NCBI GenBank assembly: GCA_043804035.1
Contig: JAZDJJ010000097.1
Location: forward strand, 1-51,673
Reading direction: 5' to 3'
DNA from: Bacteroidota bacterium
GTDB lineage: Bacteria > Bacteroidota > Bacteroidia > Palsa-948
DNA length: 51,673 nt
The notes beneath the pieces were generated by a model that was not told where the DNA came from, ran no database searches, and saw only the letters and a program-made list of their open reading frames with translations. Position 1 is the stretch's first letter, and the number at the start of each line of letters is the position of its first letter. The position numbers and the translations under genes were made by a program. Shown piece after piece: positions 37,002 through 46,298 of the stretch.

Positions 37002-37386
37002 AAACTTGGTGAAAACAGAAAAGTATACGGGAAGATTTGTTAAATCAAAATTCTTTTAAAATCGTTTGCTGTTTGTGGCAACTTGCATCCAAATGCAATC
37101 ATCATTAAACGGCTTGGCGGTTGCTGTTCGGTGGCGATTTTACCACTGAATTTTCTACGAAGAACATAAGTTTCAATTTGCACGTCACTGTCATACGAAG
37201 CATTGCACCGCCACTGACAGCAAAGGACTGTTAGCGTTTTGTGCTTTCTTTTCCTGTCTGTCTGTATTTCAATTTTTCTGTCTTTCATTTTCTTTGTCTT
37301 TATCATGTGCGGTGGGGCATTTTTAAAATTTCTTTTCTTAGGTTGATAGATTTCTGGCTATTTTGCATTTATAGGTTGTGTGTTGA

Positions 37387-37773
37387 TTAAAATAATGATG
37401 TTTGTATACTTACATTATTTGCTTTTAAGAATTCTGCCCGTTCTCTATTCTCAAAAGTATAATAATCATTTAACCACTTTTCAGGTTCAAAGTTTTTAAA
37501 TTCATACCAGGCATGATAGTTTCTCCCATCATATTCATTTGGGATATGATTAGTCGCGACTTTTTCGGCTAAATAATCAAAGAATTTTTCGTTTACATCG
37601 GTCTTTAATATATATCTAACCTCAGTAATATCTATGAAAAAATAACCACTGTTCGGAAAATCTCCGGTAGCGGTTAGTTTTTGAAACATCCTTTCGGGTT
37701 TGCAATTATTTGCATCTTTGTATAATAAATAATAATCAGGATGTTCCCTGCTTTTGTAAAAAACGATTTCCAT
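37387..37773 (-). CDS. Hypothetical 128-aa protein coupled to the Type IIG-like enzyme
   Basis: Its ATG lies 1 nt after the upstream TAA (TAAAATG on the coding strand). It is acidic and aromatic-rich, with no signal peptide and no family I recognise. Confidence 0.6.
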   Translation of the reverse strand: MEIVFYKSREHPDYYLLYKDANNCKPERMFQKLTATGDFPNSGYFFIDITEVRYILKTDVNEKFFDYLAEKVATNHIPNEYDGRNYHAWYEFKNFEPEKWLNDYYTFENRERAEFLKANNVSIQTSLF

Positions 37774-37774
37774 T

Positions 37775-40700
37775 TTAGATCCAATTTTTAGTTAGTATAT
37801 CAATTTTTTTCATTTGGTCAATAGTAAATGCTAATGCTTTTATTATTTCTTCAATATGGTCAATTTCTTTCATAATATTTCGTTCTTTCCTCTGCTTTAA
37901 ATAATGGTCAAGCACCTGATAACCGCCAATATTAAAATCGTAAATCTCCTGCGGAACATTTTTGAAATATTGTGTATCGTTGATGTAGAGATTTCCTGAT
38001 TTCTTTTCTGATACATAATTTACCTTCACGACTAAATAATCCCCTTTTCCATTAAAATTTCCGTAAGGGTAATTGGGTTTATCATTAAGAAGATGCACCT
38101 GAATTAAATTTTCTCCTAATGCAGATAATTGTTTAAAAACTTTTTTATCTTCTATAAAAGGAATACGGGGGAAATCTATTTTCAAAAATTCAGCGTATTT
38201 GCTGCGGTAAGTCGGGCTGTGAAGAATAGCATAGATGTAAGAAAAAATTTCTTCGGGTGAAAAATGATGGTTGTAATGTTTGTTTATAAAATCACGAAAT
38301 TCTTTAGTGAGGTTTTCTATAGGTTCATATTCTTCAGTTGTAACAGTTTTTTTGCCATAAGAAACTATTGGTTCAGAAACAATATCTGATTTCTTTACAA
38401 AATTGTAAAGAGGAAAAGTATAATTACCACCTGTACAATAATGTGCATCTGTTAAACTATTTGAAACCAAAACATCACAAAATTCGCCTTGCTTTTGTAA
38501 ATTTCTTGAAGTATTTAATGCCAAATTATTCCCAAATAAAAATCCTTTCATTAATTCAAACCGAGATGTACCTCTATCAAACATTTCCTGATTATAGCAT
38601 ATAAATCTCTTATCAAAAGGGCGATAACAATATTCCTTTATAACAATTTCATTCTTCTTTATTTCTTTTAATGCAGTTTCAATTTTCCAATCTCTTGTGT
38701 CACTTAATTTGAATTGTTGGAGTGCTTCTATAAAATTTGAAGAGTTTTTAAATTTATTTATTCTCTTTTCAAGAATATCAGAATTTATGTCAACCAAAAA
38801 AGAATCTCTATGAGTGAAAATACCTAAACTACTTTTAAGAAAAATTGTAGTAACCGAATAAAAATTGTAGTATGATTCTTTTAAATTCTCGTTTTGTGCT
38901 TTGAATAAATAAAACGGGGCAGACGGCCTTATTTCTTCCCAGTCAATACTTTTAATTTCTTCCTCTAAACTCCGTTTATATTTTTCAATTCGTGTTCCCC
39001 AAAAATCAGTATGGAATATCTTTTTCTCCAATCCTTTCTTTTTAATGAAAAGCGAAACAGCAACTCCTTGTTCTATATCAAATACATTCTCATCTTTTCC
39101 ACCTTCTGGTGTTTTTTCTTTTTTTCTTGAATTTCCGTGCAAATCAATAAAATAAATATGGTCAAAAGTTTTCATTAAACTTTGCCTCATTCCTCTGAAA
39201 GTAGGGTTATCAAGAAATGAATGATTAGTAATAATCCCTACAATGCCTTGTTCAACTTTATCCATTTTATCCTGAGCAAAACGGATAAATTTTACATAGT
39301 CATCCTGCAACCATTTCGGATTTTTTTCCCCGAGTGGTTTTCCATCAACAAAATAATAATCTTTTATTTTGCCGGAAATCCACGGACCTGTATTTTTTGA
39401 ATGACCGGAATAAGGTGGATTTCCTGTAATAACTAAAATCGGTTTATCTTTTACCTTTTGTGCCAGTTTGCTTTCTTCTGTTAATGCAGGGAGAAAAGGA
39501 ATCCGTTGCTGAATATCTATAGGGTCAAGTGTATTTGTGAGAAAAATCTGCAACCGTTCTTTTGCTTGCAATTCATATCCGTTATCTTTTAAGAACTGTG
39601 AAAGTTTTAAATGAGCAATAGTATAAGGTGCAATAAGATATTCAAAGCCAAAAATATTTTTTAGAATATGCTCTTTTATCAGCAAGTCCTTTTTGCCTGA
39701 ACTCTTGGGAAGTTTGTCAAAAATTTGCTGCAGAATTTCTACTAAAAATGTTCCTGTACCGGTTGCAAAATCTAAAACGGTTACTTTATTTTTATCTCCA
39801 AGCCCATCTTTTATTTTGAAAGTGTTTACTAAAATATCATCAATGGCACGGACAATAAAATTTACAACCTGAGGTGGAGTATAATAAACTCCTTTTGCTT
39901 TTTTAAGTTTCTTGTCATAGGCGGCCAAAAAATCTTCATAGAAATAAACATAAGGGTCTTTTATGGTAAGGTCGTTAGCATCTTTTCGTTTTTTTGTAAA
40001 TGATAATGATTCGTGAATAGCCCTCAAATCAAGATTGTTCATTATTGTCAACACTTCTTCTATAATCCATTTTGTTTCGCGATATTCTTCATTGTCCAAC
40101 TCGTCAAGGAAATTCACTAATTCCCTAATCAACTCAAATGATGTCGGGATATATTTTTTTGCATTGTAAAGATTTATCGTTTGAGTATCGGCATTGAGTT
40201 TTGCCAAGAACAAACCATACACAAGATTTTGAGCAAAGGCATCCGAAAATTCGGATGTGGTGAGTTCGTGAAATACGAAAGTTCTAAATGTTTCATAGAG
40301 TTGGTATAGACGTCCTTCGGTATGTTCCTGTTCTTGTCGTTTCAGTTCGTCAAACAAAAAGTCCTTTAGTAGTTTAGCTCTTATTGCCAATGCTTCTGCT
40401 AATTTTTTTGCATCTGCAATTTCTTTCGGTGCTTGCGAAAAAAAAGATTTAATAAGTTTTTCAACTGCCGTAACTTTTGCTTTGTCAAGTTTTGTCTTTT
40501 TGTTTTCAATGTCGGAAAGAAAACAAAGTATCTCGCGCTGTTGAATTTTTCCTTCCTTAATCCAAATCCACTCAATGTAATTTGTTAAAAGGATGTTGTC
40601 GGAAAGCGCCTGATATTTTTTTATCTGGTCGGACTTTAGAATTTTATCAAGGTTTTCCTCAATTTTCTTGTTCTCTACATAGCCAATTATGCTTTCTGTG

Positions 40701-40888
40701 AATGTTATCTTAAAATCAGGAGAGCCAAATTTTCCCTCTCGTTTAGGTTCGTGCAGGATTTTAATCTTTGTCCCCGCCAAACTTTCCAATAATTGCTGAA
40801 GGTTACTTCTATGCGAATGTTCAGTAATATCAGTAATTTTTTGTGATTGAAGGGATATTAAATATTTTTCAAAATCAACCATATACAT
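37775..40888 (-). CDS. Type IIG-like fused restriction endonuclease / N6-adenine DNA methyltransferase
   Basis: 1037 aa with an N-terminal PD-ExK-like motif (GSPDFKI...IGYVENKKI), SAM motif I (VLDFATGTGTFLVEIL) and motif IV (VITGNPPYSGHS). The long C-terminal region resembles the Type ISP/YeeA-type specificity region as I recall it. There is no helicase domain. Confidence 0.75.
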   Translation of the reverse strand: MYMVDFEKYLISLQSQKITDITEHSHRSNLQQLLESLAGTKIKILHEPKREGKFGSPDFKITFTESIIGYVENKKIEENLDKILKSDQIKKYQALSDNILLTNYIEWIWIKEGKIQQREILCFLSDIENKKTKLDKAKVTAVEKLIKSFFSQAPKEIADAKKLAEALAIRAKLLKDFLFDELKRQEQEHTEGRLYQLYETFRTFVFHELTTSEFSDAFAQNLVYGLFLAKLNADTQTINLYNAKKYIPTSFELIRELVNFLDELDNEEYRETKWIIEEVLTIMNNLDLRAIHESLSFTKKRKDANDLTIKDPYVYFYEDFLAAYDKKLKKAKGVYYTPPQVVNFIVRAIDDILVNTFKIKDGLGDKNKVTVLDFATGTGTFLVEILQQIFDKLPKSSGKKDLLIKEHILKNIFGFEYLIAPYTIAHLKLSQFLKDNGYELQAKERLQIFLTNTLDPIDIQQRIPFLPALTEESKLAQKVKDKPILVITGNPPYSGHSKNTGPWISGKIKDYYFVDGKPLGEKNPKWLQDDYVKFIRFAQDKMDKVEQGIVGIITNHSFLDNPTFRGMRQSLMKTFDHIYFIDLHGNSRKKEKTPEGGKDENVFDIEQGVAVSLFIKKKGLEKKIFHTDFWGTRIEKYKRSLEEEIKSIDWEEIRPSAPFYLFKAQNENLKESYYNFYSVTTIFLKSSLGIFTHRDSFLVDINSDILEKRINKFKNSSNFIEALQQFKLSDTRDWKIETALKEIKKNEIVIKEYCYRPFDKRFICYNQEMFDRGTSRFELMKGFLFGNNLALNTSRNLQKQGEFCDVLVSNSLTDAHYCTGGNYTFPLYNFVKKSDIVSEPIVSYGKKTVTTEEYEPIENLTKEFRDFINKHYNHHFSPEEIFSYIYAILHSPTYRSKYAEFLKIDFPRIPFIEDKKVFKQLSALGENLIQVHLLNDKPNYPYGNFNGKGDYLVVKVNYVSEKKSGNLYINDTQYFKNVPQEIYDFNIGGYQVLDHYLKQRKERNIMKEIDHIEEIIKALAFTIDQMKKIDILTKNWI

Positions 40889-41088
40889 TTACTTAATTTC
40901 GGGATAAATATAAACAAAATTATTCTTGTTCAAGTGGGCGGGTTAAAAGAATTTTTTTTAATGCGAAGGGGTGGGGATTTAATTCTTTTAATTCTGTCAT
41001 TTTGTTTTTATCTTCTATTTAATTGTCAAGTTGTCTGTTTGTCTTTTCAAGCATGAACGCTAACTATGATATACAAATTATTTGTTTG

Positions 41089-41496
41089 TCAATGATTACA
41101 TTTTTTACCGCAAATAATAACAATTTCGTGGAAGCGGTCGTGAAGTTTGGCAAGTGCTGTTTTTATTTCTTCATCGCTTGTTTTGCTTTTCACTAATTTA
41201 TTTAATGTTTTTGATTCTTGATAGAGCAATTTTAATTTTTCTTTTATTGTTGGTTTGTTAAAATCCGCAGGTGGTGTGCTTTCCATCCATTCTTTTGCTT
41301 TCTGCACCATTTCTTTACTGCGTCTTTTTATTGGTTCAAGATTGCCTTCTTCAGATGGATGAAAGGTGGAAGACATTACCGAATGAAATGCTGTCTTTTC
41401 TGGCCAACTGTCATTATGCTTTGACTGTGATTTAGTTACATTAGTAAAAAGAAATGCTGCAATTACTGCAACTAAAACGAATAAATAATTTTTCAT
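41089..41496 (-). CDS. Hypothetical secreted helical protein
   Basis: 135 aa with a signal peptide (VLVAVIAAFLFTNVTKSQ) and a charged helical remainder. Confidence 0.5.
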   Translation of the reverse strand: MKNYLFVLVAVIAAFLFTNVTKSQSKHNDSWPEKTAFHSVMSSTFHPSEEGNLEPIKRRSKEMVQKAKEWMESTPPADFNKPTIKEKLKLLYQESKTLNKLVKSKTSDEEIKTALAKLHDRFHEIVIICGKKCNH

Positions 41497-41558
41497 TTTT
41501 AAAATAGTTTAAATTAAAAAAACAAATATAAAAAAAATTACGATGAAAATATTTGTTG

Positions 41559-42476
41559 TTATTTTTTAATGCTATAAATCTGTCCCACCACAAATATATC
41601 TCCTGTAAGTGTTTTGTTCCATATCTTTCCTTTGTAATCCACTCCATAAGAAGTATTCCGAAAAGAAAATTCCCAGTCAAAATTTTTATCTTTAGATTTT
41701 ACTTTGTACCCTATCACAAATGGTTCGCCAAAATCATTAATAGAAATAATCCGATTTTTATCATCAACGAAATAATAATTCTTATCGCCAAACAAAATGC
41801 ATTTGAAAACAAACGGCTTCTTTTTCCCAGAGATAGAATCAGACATGGTAAAATTTTTTATCATTACAGGATGTAATAAAGTATCACGAGTAAAAGTTAT
41901 TTCTTCCAGATGATTTGCATCTAGCCATCCTTGTGTGATGGCAGTCAGTCGTTCTTCTTTTGGCGGATGTGTTATTGGGCTACTGTTTAAGTTCACTAAA
42001 ATTATTACGGATTGAACTTCTTCTAAAGATGCTCCCATTTTATAGAGAATGAATCCTGAAAAATGGTCAGCTTCTAATTCTTCCTTGGGGTCGCGTTCAT
42101 GTTTAATTAATGTATGTCCTGAAAGATGATGTCCTGTTTCATGAGCCAGCACACTCAGCGCACCCCAGTCGGTTTTAGTTCTGTCTTTCACGCGCAGCAT
42201 AAAATCAGGATTGTAAGCAATGTATCTTTTATTGTTTTTTATATAGGCAATAGCCGTATATATATTTGTATTTTCTACAATCTGAAAATTCTGATAGAGA
42301 CCTGTATAACGGACAATATTCTCAATAGCATCATCAGCTTCTTTTTTTGAATCACTGTTGTATTCTTTCTTTATTAAACTGTCGTTATGTATTTTGTTTT
42401 TTTGTCCGAACACATTAGGAAACAGAATAAAATAATGAAAGTAAAAAATAAAGAGAAGAAAGAATTTATTTTTCAT
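41559..42476 (-). CDS. Secreted zinc metalloprotease-like protein (HExxH)
   Basis: ATG 42476 gives the signal peptide MKNKFFLLFIFYF...VFGQ, although the ORF extends to 42545. It has LSVLAHETGHHLSGH followed by ELEADHFSG, a zincin-like arrangement. Confidence 0.6.
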   Translation of the reverse strand: MKNKFFLLFIFYFHYFILFPNVFGQKNKIHNDSLIKKEYNSDSKKEADDAIENIVRYTGLYQNFQIVENTNIYTAIAYIKNNKRYIAYNPDFMLRVKDRTKTDWGALSVLAHETGHHLSGHTLIKHERDPKEELEADHFSGFILYKMGASLEEVQSVIILVNLNSSPITHPPKEERLTAITQGWLDANHLEEITFTRDTLLHPVMIKNFTMSDSISGKKKPFVFKCILFGDKNYYFVDDKNRIISINDFGEPFVIGYKVKSKDKNFDWEFSFRNTSYGVDYKGKIWNKTLTGDIFVVGQIYSIKK

Positions 42477-42547
42477 GAATCCTAATTTCAGATAATTTAT
42501 CAAAGGTAAATAGTTTTTTAGATTAGGACTTATGCCAAAAAGCACTT

Positions 42548-42967
42548 TTATCTTGAACTTAGGTCCCTTGATTTTATCTCTTGCGGATTTATTTCAAAAA
42601 CGATTTGTATGAATGATATGTTACGAATTTTTTGCAGTATAATTTTTTTTCCTAACGAAGGAATACCTTTCCGTATCATCAATAAATAATCTGCTTGCTT
42701 ATATTCAGGTAGGAAGATTTTGTTTTTTATTTTATTTACTATAAGGCGGTAATCTGCAAATAAATCTTCATCGCGAAAAAAAAATACAGGAAATCCGAAA
42801 ATGTTTTTTTGATTTTCCGAGCCGAGCATCCAATCTTCTGTTTTTTGAAATGATACCTTTAATTGATTGTTCAGTGCCCAGCACAGACGGTACGGTTTCA
42901 CAGGACAACAAATTCCAAAGAGAAAAAAATCATAGTCAGTATCAATATGAAGTTTACGTTTGGGCAC
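42548..42967 (-). CDS. IPExxxVDY family protein
   Basis: 139 aa with N-terminal DYDFFLFGICCPVKPYRLCWALN and the family-defining position LPEYKQADYLLMIR (IPExxxVDY variant). Confidence 0.7.
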   Translation of the reverse strand: MPKRKLHIDTDYDFFLFGICCPVKPYRLCWALNNQLKVSFQKTEDWMLGSENQKNIFGFPVFFFRDEDLFADYRLIVNKIKNKIFLPEYKQADYLLMIRKGIPSLGKKIILQKIRNISFIQIVFEINPQEIKSRDLSSR

Positions 42968-42970
42968 AAA

Positions 42971-43939
42971 TTAATATTTTAATTTTTCGCGAACACGTTT
43001 CAAAACTTTTGAAGCAATATTTTTCGCTTTATCAGCTCCCAATAATAATTTTTTTTCCAATACATCTTTATTGCTCATATAGTAATTATACGTTTCTTTT
43101 TCTTTTTTAAACTTTTCTATGATTAACTCAAACAATGCTTGCTTGATATGTCCATAGCCAAATCCTCCATGATGATATTTCTCCCGCATACTTTGTACTT
43201 GTTCTTTTTCGGCAAGCAATTTATATAAATTAAATACATTGCAAGTGTCCGAATTTTTAGGTTCTTCTAATTTTTTACTATCGGTTACAATACTATTGAT
43301 TGTTTTTAATAATTCTTTTTCGGGTAGGAAAATATCAATGTAATTATTGTACGATTTGCTCATTTTTTGTCCGTCAATACCGGGAATGCTCATCACTCGC
43401 TCATCAATCAGTGGTTCTGGAAGAATAAACGTTTCTCCATAAAGATGATTAAATGAACTTGCAATATCTCTGGTCATTTCCAGATGTTGCCGTTGATCTT
43501 TCCCGATAGGAACAAAATCAGCATCGTATAATAAAATATCGGATGCCATCAAAATAGGATAAGTAAAAAGTCCTGCATTTACATCTGCCATGCGGTTTGA
43601 TTTATCTTTAAACGAATGTGCGTTTGCCAGCATGGGATAAGGAGTGAAACAGGAAAGATACCAACTGAGTTCGCAAACTTCCGTTACATCTGATTGGCGG
43701 TAAAAAACATTTTTCTCTGTATCAAATCCAAAAGCAAGCCAAGCCGCCGCAACAGCATAAGTGTTGTTTTTTCTTACTTCCGAATCCTTAATAGTTGTGA
43801 GCGAATGAAAATCGGCAATGAAGAAAAATGATTCATTATCTTTCTTTTTAGAAAGTTCAATAGCGGGAATAATTGCGCCTAAAAGATTCCCTAAGTGCGG
43901 AACGCCTGTGCTTTGTATACCTGTTAATATCCGAGACAT
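42971..43939 (-). CDS. trpS: Tryptophan--tRNA ligase
   Basis: ATG 43939 gives MSRILTGIQSTGVPHLGNLLGAI (HIGH-type motif). KMSKS is present (DGQKMSKSYNN). The ORF extension to 44038 reads through a family A repeat and is rejected. Confidence 0.9.
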   Translation of the reverse strand: MSRILTGIQSTGVPHLGNLLGAIIPAIELSKKKDNESFFFIADFHSLTTIKDSEVRKNNTYAVAAAWLAFGFDTEKNVFYRQSDVTEVCELSWYLSCFTPYPMLANAHSFKDKSNRMADVNAGLFTYPILMASDILLYDADFVPIGKDQRQHLEMTRDIASSFNHLYGETFILPEPLIDERVMSIPGIDGQKMSKSYNNYIDIFLPEKELLKTINSIVTDSKKLEEPKNSDTCNVFNLYKLLAEKEQVQSMREKYHHGGFGYGHIKQALFELIIEKFKKEKETYNYYMSNKDVLEKKLLLGADKAKNIASKVLKRVREKLKY

Positions 43940-43956
43940 AAAATTTTGGTTGTTAT

Positions 43957-44115
43957 GGGCAATTCCAAAAAGTGGTTTCGTCATTGCGACATGATTCGTA
44001 TTGAGCTTGCCGAAATAAGCGAAGCGAAATGGAAGCAATCTCTAATAGCAGGGACAGAGATTGCTTCAGTCGTTCCTCCTTCGCAATGACGTTTATTTGT
44101 ATTTTTAGAACTGCC
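43957..44115. repeat. Family A palindromic MITE/REP-like element filling the methyltransferase-trpS spacer
   Basis: The outer ends are GGGCAATTCCAAAAAG... and ...TTTTTAGAACTGCC. The arms are CGTCATTGCGAC...GGAAGCAATCTCT and AGAGATTGCTTCAGTCGTTCCTCCTTCGCAATGACG. Confidence 0.85.
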
Positions 44116-44116
44116 A

Positions 44117-45391
44117 TTATTTGTACGAATAAAAAATTACAACTCTATTTGTATTTGTTCCTTTTTCATTATTTTTTACGCCCCATATATTAGATGTCTT
44201 TGTGAATGTTTGTTTATTGATTAAGATTCCTTCACAATAAAAACCGACTTTTAAACCTATCGGAACTATTACTTCATCTAATTTTACTTTACCATTTCTA
44301 ACTTCGCCAACTTCAAAAGCAACATACCCACCTGTCTTCGTGATTCTGTATAACTGTTTAAAAACATCAAGCATAATCTTACTCCATTCGTCAATAGTTT
44401 TTGACATAGTAATTATTCCAGCAACTTCCTTAATATTTATTCCATTGAACCAACAGCGAAGCCAATTGTCATCAGCATATTGAACAACATCTAAAAAGGG
44501 TGGTGATGTAACAGTTAATTGAACAGAACTATCCGCAATTTCATCCGTAAATCTTGCATCTTTATTAAGAAAAAGAGCAGTTGAAGTAATTTTTTGTAAT
44601 TGATTTCTGATTTCCGCTTTAACATCAACGATTAGGTCATATGATTTTTTCAAGATTATTTTTTTAATGTCTTTGTATTCTGGTTTCTGATTTCTTATTT
44701 CATTTATCTTTTTTTGTTTTTCAGCGCTTATTGCTTGGTTTGGTGGCAAAGTATAAACAGAAAAGAAATTAACAGAATGTCCTGTCAAACGATTGGTAGC
44801 AACCATTCTTATCCAAAGGTCAAGTTCATCTTCAGCATTGTTTTCTTTTTTTCCTTGTAAATAATTTTTCAAACTTACTATTTCTGCTTCTGTTTTGGGA
44901 TGATAAAACATTGATAAATCAATATCGGATTTCAAACTATAATCTACTCTGATTTCATTCAATCTTTTTTGCAATTCAGAAATATCCGGAATGAAAAGTC
45001 GTGGTTTAGAAAGAATAATGCTTAATGGATTTATATCATTTGCAATAATATTTCTGCCCATTAAAGATGCTTCAATTATAGTCGTACCTCGTCCATTAAA
45101 GGGATCATAAACTGTATCATTTTTTTTTGTTAGCAGTTCAATAAAAAATCTTGGGAGTTGTGGTTTGAAACAAGCACGATAAGAAATTTCGTGTAAGGAA
45201 TTTGCTTGTCGCTGTTTGGCTGTCCAAAATTCATTTATAAATTTTGGTATTTTCTCTCCATTTATCTGAAGATATTCAATTTTAGTTTTAGAGAATTCTT
45301 TGGAAGAAGAAAGATTTTTAGTTTCTGAAAAAATAAAATTAGACAGATGTTTTTTTATGTCAATTTTTTCATTCAACAATGTTGTGGTCAT
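44117..45391 (-). CDS. Stand-alone DNA methyltransferase with SPPF catalytic motif (possibly N4-cytosine)
   Basis: 424 aa. Motif I (VYDPFNGRGTTIIEA) precedes motif IV (LTVTSPPFLDVVQY) by about 200 aa. No nuclease gene is adjacent. Confidence 0.75.
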   Translation of the reverse strand: MTTTLLNEKIDIKKHLSNFIFSETKNLSSSKEFSKTKIEYLQINGEKIPKFINEFWTAKQRQANSLHEISYRACFKPQLPRFFIELLTKKNDTVYDPFNGRGTTIIEASLMGRNIIANDINPLSIILSKPRLFIPDISELQKRLNEIRVDYSLKSDIDLSMFYHPKTEAEIVSLKNYLQGKKENNAEDELDLWIRMVATNRLTGHSVNFFSVYTLPPNQAISAEKQKKINEIRNQKPEYKDIKKIILKKSYDLIVDVKAEIRNQLQKITSTALFLNKDARFTDEIADSSVQLTVTSPPFLDVVQYADDNWLRCWFNGINIKEVAGIITMSKTIDEWSKIMLDVFKQLYRITKTGGYVAFEVGEVRNGKVKLDEVIVPIGLKVGFYCEGILINKQTFTKTSNIWGVKNNEKGTNTNRVVIFYSYK

Positions 45392-45423
45392 TGATCTTGC
45401 CGAATATTTTGCAATTTTTGGGA

Positions 45424-45978
45424 CTAATTAGATATATATGGATTTTTATTGAACATCATTACTAATTTTCTTATTTGCTTTGCAATGCTCGCATCTATGC
45501 GATTGTCTCCAATTTGCAAAACAAATCCTCCGATAAGTGTAGCATTTATTTTTTCAATCATCTCCACTTCCGAATGAGTGCTGCTTGATAATAGTTCTAA
45601 AATTTTTTTCCGCAATTCATCATCTAATTCCGAAGTCGTTGTGATAACAGCCGTTAAAATTTTTTTCTGTTTTTTATATTGCTCCACAAATTCTTTAGCA
45701 ATAGATTTAAGTAACGATTCTCTTTTTTTTGTTGTGATAAGAAGAATAAATAGTTCCGAAATATTTGAAATTTTTTCTTTAAAAAGTTCTTTCAAAATGT
45801 TTTGCTTTTTATCCGTCTTGATGATAGGACTTACAAGCAAAAGCGAAAGTTCTTTGCTGTGAATGCATGTATTGTAAATGAGTTTCATATCCTCGCACAC
45901 TTTTTCCAAAGCACCTTGTTCGATAGATAAATCAATCAGTGCTTTCGCATAGCGGACTGTTGCTTTTATATTTTTCAT
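45424..45978 (-). CDS. atpH: F-type ATP synthase subunit delta (OSCP)
   Basis: 184 aa with the N-terminal VRYAKALIDLS and the C-terminal LIGGFVLQIGDNRIDASIAKQIRKL, typical of AtpH. Confidence 0.8.
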   Translation of the reverse strand: MKNIKATVRYAKALIDLSIEQGALEKVCEDMKLIYNTCIHSKELSLLLVSPIIKTDKKQNILKELFKEKISNISELFILLITTKKRESLLKSIAKEFVEQYKKQKKILTAVITTTSELDDELRKKILELLSSSTHSEVEMIEKINATLIGGFVLQIGDNRIDASIAKQIRKLVMMFNKNPYISN

Positions 45979-46079
45979 AAATGTTTCTTCTATAAATCCT
46001 TTTTGCTTTTTATCTCGTTTATGGATAATTTAAAATTTTATGTAGGTTTTTACCTTTGTGCGTAAGTTCTATCTTTAAT

Positions 46080-46298
46080 TTATTTTAGAAGCGATAATTC
46101 CAAAGGGATTGATTCAACTTTATGTTTTCTGCCTTTAATATAGTTTAGAATTTCCAAGCCGACAATAGTTCCTTTTTTATTTCTTTTTACGATGGTATCA
46201 TTGTCTAAATCATCGCAAATAATATTTTTTGTGGGCTTTGTAAACCATATATCTAGCGTGTTGCCAATATTGTCGTAAGTTATTTTTATTGCTTCCAT
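46080..46298 (-). CDS. DUF2283 domain protein (antitoxin-like)
   Basis: 72 aa. ITYDNIGNTLDIWF...KKGTIVGLEILN fits the DUF2283 pattern. Confidence 0.7.
   Translation of the reverse strand: MEAIKITYDNIGNTLDIWFTKPTKNIICDDLDNDTIVKRNKKGTIVGLEILNYIKGRKHKVESIPLELSLLK

Noticed and set aside
37040-37306. 88-aa minus-strand ORF upstream of rnr
   Set aside because: It is Lys/Arg-rich and then Cys-rich, with no recognisable motif. It lies in a spacer with repeat-like CTGTC low-complexity DNA. I treat it as non-coding; see the finding on the 37002-37386 spacer.
43940-44038. N-terminal extension of trpS to the ORF-track start
   Set aside because: The extension is encoded by the family A palindromic repeat. 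The canonical TrpRS N-terminus begins at ATG 43939.
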